DNA of 55,405 bases from Candidatus Liptonbacteria bacterium (GTDB lineage: Bacteria; Patescibacteriota; Minisyncoccia; UBA6257; JACOXY01). Below the pieces are notes generated by a model, which was not told the DNA's origin, searched no databases, and was given only the letters and a program-made list of their open reading frames with translations. The DNA lies in NCBI GenBank assembly GCA_016182095.1, contig JACOXY010000013.1:1-55405 (forward strand), written 5' to 3'. This document shows, in pieces, positions 48,192 through 55,405 of the stretch (its first letter is position 1; each line of letters starts with the position of its first letter). A program made the position numbers and the translations under genes.

Positions 48192-49304
48192 TTGGAAAAG
48201 CTCCTTAAAAAACTGAAAGAAGATGGCCATACCATAGTACTTTCTGGCAGTATTGGCGCCATACCTGCAATAGCGAGTTCCATTATTATCTGGAAGCTTT
48301 TAGAACCATATAAAAACTACTTTGATGCTATACGCGCCGCAAGCGGATCAAGCATTCCCCTCGCTTTTGCCGCAACAGGAATGCCGCCCGATGAAATTCG
48401 AAGCAAAATGTCGCTTATTACATTAAAGGATGTCGTTGAAGATATCGGGCTGTTCGCTGAACACAATGAGGGCAAGGGGCTGCGGGGCAAACTAAAAGAT
48501 CTTATCGCATACTATACTGATGCTTTTAACGCCGCCGGAATCCTAATGCGACATTTGACAGACGGAGTAGGCATTATCAAGGGTGACAATATGGCTAAAC
48601 TTATCGCTTCAAACCTACCAGTAAATAATTTTGGAAATACTTACCCAAAACTTGAAGTGGTGGCGACCGATTTTAATACTTTGAGGCCTTATATATTTTC
48701 AGCAAGTACTACCCCAGAGGTACTTATTTCTGAAGCAGCGACTGCTTCATGCGCCATGCGCGGCATATTCATGCCCAGAAGCATACAGGGCGCAGAATAT
48801 ATTGACGCGGCGCAATGTGAACCGCTTCCTCTATTGTCGGTGCTAAATTCACACCTCGCAAAGGGATTGGATCCCAAAAAACTTTTCATTCTCGGGTTCT
48901 TTGTCCACACATTTTCCCGCAAAGCACCGGAAAAAAGGCACTACCTGGCGCTTGACCGCCATTACGGAAGAGCGGCCCACAAAGACCTCTTCCAGCTTCA
49001 TAAGCAAATTCTTCATCATCACGGCGTAAAATTTATTATTTTGGAACTGGATACAGAAAAAGTGGTTCTTCCACCGCCAGAAGAGTTCCCCGATCTTTCT
49101 GATTTGGGCATTAATTGGCGCGGTATTAGAAAATTATTTGCCAGATTTGCGAATAAATCACAGGTCGAAAGGCTTCTCAGAGGAGTTTCTATATTTCTCT
49201 ATGAAGAAATAAACTTAAGGCACCTTCCATGTTTTATTGAAGCCCTGGAACCGGAAATTAATCGCAAACTCTTGGAAAAGGTTCAGCAATTTAAGTTCAC
49301 ATAA
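48192..49304 (+). CDS. Patatin-like phospholipase, degenerate motifs
   Basis: VLSGSIG, AASGSS, VVATD, ASCAM.GIFMP, YIDAA. Confidence 0.7.
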   Translation: MEKLLKKLKEDGHTIVLSGSIGAIPAIASSIIIWKLLEPYKNYFDAIRAASGSSIPLAFAATGMPPDEIRSKMSLITLKDVVEDIGLFAEHNEGKGLRGKLKDLIAYYTDAFNAAGILMRHLTDGVGIIKGDNMAKLIASNLPVNNFGNTYPKLEVVATDFNTLRPYIFSASTTPEVLISEAATASCAMRGIFMPRSIQGAEYIDAAQCEPLPLLSVLNSHLAKGLDPKKLFILGFFVHTFSRKAPEKRHYLALDRHYGRAAHKDLFQLHKQILHHHGVKFIILELDTEKVVLPPPEEFPDLSDLGINWRGIRKLFARFANKSQVERLLRGVSIFLYEEINLRHLPCFIEALEPEINRKLLEKVQQFKFT

Positions 49305-49504
49305 AAATCCCCTAGCTTACTGCTGGGGGAATTCTATTTTTTAGTATTTTTATCTTGATTTTCAGATTTTAATAATTCCTTAAAATGCCCGCGAATTTGC
49401 CTCGGCAAAAAAGAAACCATCCGGAAGAATGGGTCGTGCGAGTACGAAGACATGAAACACAAAGCCACCTGCCGTGAGGCAGGTGGTCGATTATTATTAC
49501 TGGT

Positions 49505-50404
49505 CTAATTAAGAAAAAAAATCTCGAGCATTTCTTCCGCAAAAAGCTCTTCGCCAGGCATAAGCGGCCGATTTTCGTCACCACGATCCCAGCTTGCCTG
49601 AAGCGTATGGTCACCAGGATGGTTTAGCGCCATAAAAGATCGATAATTGCTTCCATTTAAAACCGTGCGGCGAAAACCGATACCCAGTGATAGCCGGCGC
49701 AATTCAAAGAAAGAAATCGGCGCGCCTTTTATCGCTAAGCCCTGTTTCACATCAGCGCCAGGAGTAATACACTCGCTGGGAATACCTTCAAAAATAAAAC
49801 CGAAATCGTTAATGTGCTCTTGTTCACAACCAAAAACTGTCATGTTATATCCGCGGCTTGAAAAACGAAATTCATCCGTAGGGTCCTTGCTGAAATCAGT
49901 CGGAAAGGAAAGTGAAATAAGTGGTGTGCGGATATTGTAGATATGGGTGCTGGAACGCAGGTGAAAGCCGTCTATATTGGTAAGGGTCCAATCATATTCG
50001 GGGCCTAAGCACGACGAACTGCGATCAATCGTTTCCAAGGTGCCACGCCACCGCTCGCTCGTTCCTGCGCGAAGCGCATGGAACGGTCCGAAGTTCCTTG
50101 TCGTAATGTTATTGTTATCATCCGTAATGTCGCAGGAACCTATGTCATACCCCCCGCCCTTATATTTTTTGTGCTGTCCATTCAGGGTAACGAAAGGAGT
50201 CTCTCCGGTGAGATTCACTCCATTGAATAAAATGTTGCCGATAGTGCCGTTACCAACTTGCCATTCGACCTCTTCATTGGTATGCCGTCCCCCGCCATCT
50301 CCGCCGCTTCCGCCACCACCTCCGCAAGCAGAAAAGGTGACAACAATACTAAACACAAAAACAACGCGCCAAAATTTCATCTGATATCTTCTTGTTGTTG
50401 TCAC
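49505..50404 (-). CDS. Lipoprotein, hypothetical
   Basis: Lipobox FSAC followed by a Gly-rich linker. Confidence 0.7.
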   Translation of the reverse strand: MTTTRRYQMKFWRVVFVFSIVVTFSACGGGGGSGGDGGGRHTNEEVEWQVGNGTIGNILFNGVNLTGETPFVTLNGQHKKYKGGGYDIGSCDITDDNNNITTRNFGPFHALRAGTSERWRGTLETIDRSSSCLGPEYDWTLTNIDGFHLRSSTHIYNIRTPLISLSFPTDFSKDPTDEFRFSSRGYNMTVFGCEQEHINDFGFIFEGIPSECITPGADVKQGLAIKGAPISFFELRRLSLGIGFRRTVLNGSNYRSFMALNHPGDHTLQASWDRGDENRPLMPGEELFAEEMLEIFFLN

Positions 50405-51081
50405 GGCACAACCTCAAGCCGTTCATGAGCGGTAAGAATGGCGCCACGTGGCAAATTCGTCCAGCGCGGCTCCACCGTTTCAGCGAGGTTCAACGGTGTC
50501 GGATTGGCAATGAACGACACTTTGTCGTAGCCAACGAAGTTGCGGCGGAACGTAACACCCTGGTGCGTAACAGACGCCCAATCAGCTGCTGGAAACAGCC
50601 ACTCGCGCAAATTAGGGCCGTACCTTCCCGTCTTCCCTGGCATAGCCCACACGTCATTGGGATCAAGGTTCAACTGCCATGGAACCGAAAGAAACTTATA
50701 TGGCGCCGGAAGTGGACCAACTTCCACGTCTAGATCAAGCATGTTGGGCGCTCCTGGAACCGGAGTAAATACAAGCTTGTAGGGCGCTCCGGGGCACCAC
50801 CCCGAAGGCGAGCCGAGAACATTGCCCGGGTACCCGAACGAGGTAACGTTTGTGTCCGGATCGTCAGTCGTATTGCAAGCGCCAATAATGTATAGAATTG
50901 CAGAGACGGTCCCATAGTCTGGCACATCAACGGCATAGAGCGCGGAATCGTCGTATTGAAAACGACTCCCACCATCTCCATCGCCCCCACCACCATCTCC
51001 GCCGCTTCCGCCGTGACCGGCACAACCAATAAGAGAGGATAGAATCACGAAAACAAGCGACAAAACAAGATTTTTGGCCAC
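50401..51081 (-). CDS. Lipoprotein, hypothetical
   Basis: AGGAGG-GTG start; lipobox LIGC followed by a Gly-rich linker. Confidence 0.7.
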   Translation of the reverse strand: MAKNLVLSLVFVILSSLIGCAGHGGSGGDGGGGDGDGGSRFQYDDSALYAVDVPDYGTVSAILYIIGACNTTDDPDTNVTSFGYPGNVLGSPSGWCPGAPYKLVFTPVPGAPNMLDLDVEVGPLPAPYKFLSVPWQLNLDPNDVWAMPGKTGRYGPNLREWLFPAADWASVTHQGVTFRRNFVGYDKVSFIANPTPLNLAETVEPRWTNLPRGAILTAHERLEVVP

Positions 51082-51140
51082 TTTTCACCTCCTTAAAAAA
51101 CTTTCGTAATTATATCAGAAAACAGGAAAAAAGCAAATTT

Positions 51141-51338
51141 CTATTCGCCGCTAAAAAATACGTAAAGAACCGCCAAAACTAAAATAATAACCATTACAAC
51201 CCATTTCAACTTGCTGGATTTAGCGGCCTCTAATTGATTGGACTCACCCTCCACTCTTTGCACTGTCCCCTGCATCCTCTGCGCCTGGCTAAGCGTAGTG
51301 TCCACCTTATTAAATAAATCAAATAATTTATCTAACAT
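51141..51338 (-). CDS. Small protein with C-terminal TM anchor
   Basis: 65 aa; coiled segment followed by one TM helix. Confidence 0.6.
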   Translation of the reverse strand: MLDKLFDLFNKVDTTLSQAQRMQGTVQRVEGESNQLEAAKSSKLKWVVMVIILVLAVLYVFFSGE

Positions 51339-51358
51339 AATTAAAAAATTATTTTACC

Positions 51359-51677
51359 TAGGAGTGCGAGATACGAACAAAATCAATTGAGCGGAGCGAA
51401 TTTGGCAAATATTCAAGGCGCGACCTGCCTGCGCAGGCAGGGGAGGAGGTTAGTGCTCGGAGAGCACAGCTCCGACAAGCAACGCTGAATATTTATCAAA
51501 TTCGCCCGCCCCCTTGGGAAAGTTAAAAAATGGCTGATTTCTTCGTTATGCTTCATCCTGAGCTTGCCGAAGGACTCCTCCTCAATGTATTCTCCGAATA
51601 CAATTTCGTCATCGTGCCTTGAAATCATCTCATTTTTTAGCTTTTCAATTTGATTTTGTTCGTATCTCGCACTCCTA
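51359..51677. mobile_element. MITE copy 2
   Basis: TIR taggagtgcgagatacgaacaaaatcaa; homologous to 20233-20542; two nested palindromes. Confidence 0.85.
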
Positions 51678-51766
51678 TACGACTTTTATGTTTTAAGTAT
51701 AGCGCGTAAAAAGCTAAAGTATTTGTGGATAAATTTTCTATCTTAAAATTCCAGAAAGTCAGATTT

Positions 51767-51850
51767 TGGTGCTCGGGGCCGGACTCGAACCGGCATGCCT
51801 TTCGGCGCATCATCTTAAGTGATGTGCGTATTCCATTTCGCCACCCGAGC
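51767..51850 (-). tRNA. tRNA-Leu(UAA)
   Basis: CATCA-CTTAAGA-TGATG; variable arm; CCA encoded. Confidence 0.95.
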
Positions 51851-51911
51851 TAAAACAATCTAAAAGATTGTTCGTCCGATCAGCGAAGCTGATTTAGGGC
51901 AATCAATCCAG

Positions 51912-51984
51912 AGGTGCCGGTGGGGATCGAACCCACGTATAACAGTTTTGCAGACTGTTCCCTTAACCACTTGGGTACGGCACC
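51912..51984 (-). tRNA. tRNA-Cys(GCA)
   Basis: ACAGT-CTGCAAA-ACTGT; U discriminator. Confidence 0.95.
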
Positions 51985-51996
51985 ATTACCACTATA

Positions 51997-52323
51997 TTAC
52001 TCACCCCCCAACAATTTTTCAATCTGCGCGGCGTTTTCCGGGCCCTTGTCATGTTTAAATATAATTCGCGGCATTGGTTTGATATTTATTTTTTTAAGCA
52101 AAAGGTGCTGAAAATACCCGGCTCTTTTTCCCAGATTCTCCAACGCGCTCTTCGATTTCTGCGATGGATGAACAGTTATGCCTATTAATGCCCTATCCAT
52201 TTTTTTGTCTATCTCGACGGAAGTCACGGTGACCAAAACTCCGGGGAATTCTGTTTCCTTAAGAATAATTTTTGCGAGTTCGGCGTGTATCACGCTTGTA
52301 ACGCGGTCCTTGCGCTGAAACAT
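51997..52323 (-). CDS. rbfA: Ribosome-binding factor A
   Basis: R..RV...I..ELA, VTVTSVE, MPRIIFKHD; follows infB. Confidence 0.9.
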   Translation of the reverse strand: MFQRKDRVTSVIHAELAKIILKETEFPGVLVTVTSVEIDKKMDRALIGITVHPSQKSKSALENLGKRAGYFQHLLLKKINIKPMPRIIFKHDKGPENAAQIEKLLGGE

Positions 52324-52335
52324 GTTTTGATTTGC

Positions 52336-53868
52336 TTAGGTGAGCTTTGTGGGCGCAGGTATTACAATTTTATCACCCACAATAATTTTAGTATTTGATT
52401 CAAATATCATCCCACACTCGTTTCCCGCATCTACCAATGCCGCATCCTGCTTTTGTTTTTTCAAACTCAAAATGCGTCCCTTACCCGCCATTACAGCCTC
52501 TCGCTCTTTTGTGGAAGCGGTCTCCCCCGTTTTTAGTTCCACGCTTGATGCCGGCACGCGCCACACATCACAATATGCTTTGTTCTTCATCACACCATCC
52601 AAAACTTTTCCTCCAATCAATTGCTTGTGGGTTTTTTGGTTGAAAATAGCGAGCACCTCCAAAACACCAAGAGGTTCCGGAGATTTCAGTTCATTAACGG
52701 CATCCTCCACCTTCTTCACAAGGTCATAAATAATGTTTGAGATGACGATCTTAATATCATTATTTTTTGCCAAGGTTTCCGCCGCTTTTTCTGCCTTTAC
52801 GTTGAATCCAAAAATAGCGGCTTTGGAGGCAATAGCCGATTTCACATCGCCATCCGCAATGCCACCCACTGCTTCATGAAGAACTTCAAGATTTACCTCC
52901 TCAAACTTAAGAGCTTTAACGATTTGTGAAACCGCCTCAAGCGAACCCGAAACATCCGCCTTCAATATAATGCGCAAAATAAGAGATTTTTCTTTATCGG
53001 TTTTTTCTGCCACCCTTTGTTTTTCTTGCTTTTCAACGCTCCGCTCCGGAGCATCACCCTCAGAAAACTCTTCGCCCACTTGCGGCAAATCTTCAAACCC
53101 CAAAATCATGGCGGGGGAGGATGGTGTAAATTCTTTCTCGTTTTTTCCCAAAAAATTCTGCAGTCCCCTAACCCTTCCCTTTGCGGTTGCGGTATAAATA
53201 TTCGTCCCTTGTTTTAAAACACCATTTTTCACGATTACCATTACTTCGTTGCCTCTGCTCTTTTCAAGACGGGCTTCAATTACAAACCCAGAAGCGGGGG
53301 CCGTCGGGTTATATGTTAAATCTTCAAATTCAGCAGCTAAGAGTATTAAATCTAAAAGCTCTGGTACACCCTCCCCTGTTTTTGCGGAAATCGGCTGAAA
53401 AGAAATACTGCCACCATAACCTTCAAGCTGAACTTCATTTTGCGCCAATTCTTGCTTAACCCTTTCAGGATCGGCATTATTTTTATCAATTTTATTTATG
53501 GCTACTACAAATGGCGTTTCGCTCTGCTTTAATATCTGAATAGATTCCTTAGTCTGTGGCTTCACTCCGTCATCAGCCGCCACAACCAAAATAGCGAGGT
53601 CCGCGACGTGCGCGCCTCGCGAACGCATTTTGGAAAACGCTTCATGCCCAGGCGTATCAATGAACGTGATCCGCTTCTCGTTATGCGTTATCTCGTAGGC
53701 GCCCGTCGCCTGTGTGATGCCACCCGCCTCCTTCCCCGCCACATTCGTCTTCCTTATATAGTCGAGTAGTGAGGTCTTTCCGTGATCAACGTGACCCATT
53801 ACAACAACAATTGGAGAGCGGACTAATTTTTGATTTTCGATTCCCTTGCTTGTCATTTTAGAACCCAT
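52336..53868 (-). CDS. infB: Translation initiation factor IF-2 (short form)
   Basis: [29 protein letters not shown]. Confidence 0.97.
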   Translation of the reverse strand: MGSKMTSKGIENQKLVRSPIVVVMGHVDHGKTSLLDYIRKTNVAGKEAGGITQATGAYEITHNEKRITFIDTPGHEAFSKMRSRGAHVADLAILVVAADDGVKPQTKESIQILKQSETPFVVAINKIDKNNADPERVKQELAQNEVQLEGYGGSISFQPISAKTGEGVPELLDLILLAAEFEDLTYNPTAPASGFVIEARLEKSRGNEVMVIVKNGVLKQGTNIYTATAKGRVRGLQNFLGKNEKEFTPSSPAMILGFEDLPQVGEEFSEGDAPERSVEKQEKQRVAEKTDKEKSLILRIILKADVSGSLEAVSQIVKALKFEEVNLEVLHEAVGGIADGDVKSAIASKAAIFGFNVKAEKAAETLAKNNDIKIVISNIIYDLVKKVEDAVNELKSPEPLGVLEVLAIFNQKTHKQLIGGKVLDGVMKNKAYCDVWRVPASSVELKTGETASTKEREAVMAGKGRILSLKKQKQDAALVDAGNECGMIFESNTKIIVGDKIVIPAPTKLT

Positions 53869-53944
53869 CTTAAGATAGGTGCTATCAACTTAACAGAAAA
53901 CCTTGATAAAAACAAGGATTTTATGTATTCTATAGGAGATTCAC

Positions 53945-54031
53945 GGAGGCGTGGCCGAGTGGCTTAAGGCAGCATCCTGCTAAGATGTTAGGGGAGAAAT
54001 CCCCTCGAAGGTTCGAATCCTTCCGCCTCCG
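53945..54031 (+). tRNA. tRNA-Ser(GCU)
   Basis: GCATC-CTGCTAA-GATGT; long variable arm; G discriminator. Confidence 0.95.
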
Positions 54032-55298
54032 CAATTTTTCGAAAAGGGTTTCTGAACGCAAATCTGGGTCGGCGCTTCGCGCCGACACTAATGCATTCCC
54101 CCCGCCGAATCCAGAATTCAAAAGAGTGATACTCGTCTAACGAAAGAGCATTTTCAAGATAAGCGTTCATCAGCTTCTCAATTTTGGAATCCAAAAGAGA
54201 AATATCGGCTTTTGTGTTGTCTGCAAAAAGCGTAGACGATTGGGCTTCACACAATATATCTTTTTTATTTTCCGCCAACATCCAAGAAGCCCAATCGTCT
54301 GGCAAAGAAACTTTTTTGATTTCTTTTTGAATTTCAGAAGTGATGATTTCCTCACGAGTATATTTTTGTGAGCAAGGATTTTTCCGTTTTGTACATCGCA
54401 AATAGTTATGACCCTTTTGTGTTTCGGTGGTAATGAAACAGCCACATTCTCCGCAACGGAAAAATCCTCTATACAAAAATGGTTTCAATCCTTTGCTATG
54501 CGGTTTAGATTTTCGGCTCATCACTTCAGCAACGGAATCAAAAAGTTTCTTTGAAATAATCGGTTCGTGCTTTCCCTCAAAAATCTCTCCGTTATACCTC
54601 ATTAGCCCCGTGTAAATAGGATTTTTGAGAAGTTTTTGATAATTCGACACCGCAAGCTCTCTACCGCTTTTTCGCTTCAATCCAAGCGCGTTAAATTTGT
54701 CGCGGACTTCCCGCAAAGTGAAGTTTCCAGTTGCGTATGCCTCAAATGTCTTACGAACAAGTGGTGCTAAATCGGGATGTGGCACAATACCTTTTCCTTT
54801 CTCGTTCACATATCCAATCGGGGACATTTGAGGCCATATTCCTTCCTTCACTTTGTTTCTATGTCCGCGCTTGATATTCTCGCTTAAGTTGTCCACATAA
54901 TACTTGGATTGCGAAAAAGCGATTGAGAGCATGAATTTGCCTTGCGGTGTCGGATCAAACCAAAAAGTTGGAAATTTCATTTCTGAAATTACACCAGTAT
55001 CAACGAGGTAGATAACTTTTCCTCCATCTACCGAGTTGCGAGCAAGTCTATCGGGATGCCACGCCAAAATACCAGACGCTTCGCCCGCTTCCATTCTCGT
55101 TACCATTTCGTTGAACACAGGACGACCTGGTATTTTGGCGGTCTGCTTTTCGACAAAGACATCTACCACTTCCAGTTGTTCTTTCGACGCGAGTTCCTTT
55201 AACTCACTTAACTGGTCAGAAATACTGCGGACTTGTCTGTCTTTGTCGTCCGTAGACTTGCGAGTATAGATGAAAAACTTTTTGGTTTGATTATTCAT
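53988..55298 (-). pseudogene. Large serine recombinase/integrase, probably internally deleted, reading into tRNA-Ser
   Basis: YTRKST, DRLARN, recombinase domain, CGECG...YLRC Zn ribbon; coiled coil breaks after LDEY (~54129). Confidence 0.8.
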
Positions 55299-55405
55299 AG
55301 AATTGTATTGGCAAACGAGTGTACAAATGAAGAAAAACTTCATTTGTACAAAAAAGTCGGTTCGAACTTTTTAATTAAGGATCGAACCGTCTTTTTTGAG
55401 CCACG

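Noticed and set aside
51413-51628. 71-aa ORF inside the MITE as a transposase
   Set aside because: Too short, no catalytic motif, and partly made of nested inserts absent from the other copy
1-55405. Complete DGR, retron or group II intron in the window
   Set aside because: No ORF with reverse transcriptase motifs and no AAC-rich template repeat seen; only target-like genes
1-55405. Alternative genetic code (UGA=Gly)
   Set aside because: Conserved genes are uninterrupted under code 11 and dnaG, pfkB, tkt-N and tsaD end in TGA at the expected positions

Overview
A 55.4-kb chromosomal segment, almost certainly from a Patescibacteria/CPR (Parcubacteria-like) bacterium using genetic code 11. 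The assignment is inferred from the short AlaRS, ValRS, IF-2 and RpoD, the split-transketolase/rpe/rpiB/gap/pfkB/fba/glgA cluster, the pilin-like surface protein and mostly leaderless core genes. Core genes: alaS, rpoD, dnaG, rplY, fba, pfkB, split tkt, rpe, rpiB, gap, glgA, trmH-like, recG, mutM, tsaD, valS, prsW-like, hsp20, rbfA, infB, and six intact tRNAs (Arg-UCG, Lys-CUU, Glu-UUC, Leu-UAA, Cys-GCA, Ser-GCU). Unusual layers on top of this: (1) an array of self-contained gene cassettes downstream of alaS, marked by a recurring ~30-bp boundary motif and a duplicated alaS 3' end plus promoter with different cargo; (2) three dispersed genes resembling DGR (diversity-generating retroelement) target proteins, two with long structured leaders and 3' hairpins, but no RT or template repeat in the window; (3) a TCCCTCAC...GTGAGGGA inverted-repeat family that encloses an intact tRNA-Glu inside a broken tRNA-Glu and supplies the ATG of rplY and hsp20; (4) a ~310-bp TA-flanked MITE with co-varying TIRs; (5) many short palindromes and 7-nt tandem repeats inserted in-frame in housekeeping genes; (6) a Fic/Doc-HTH module flanked by a duplicated tkt 5' end; (7) decayed serine-recombinase elements reading into tRNA 3' ends. 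All calls come from reading the sequence by eye; no searches were run.
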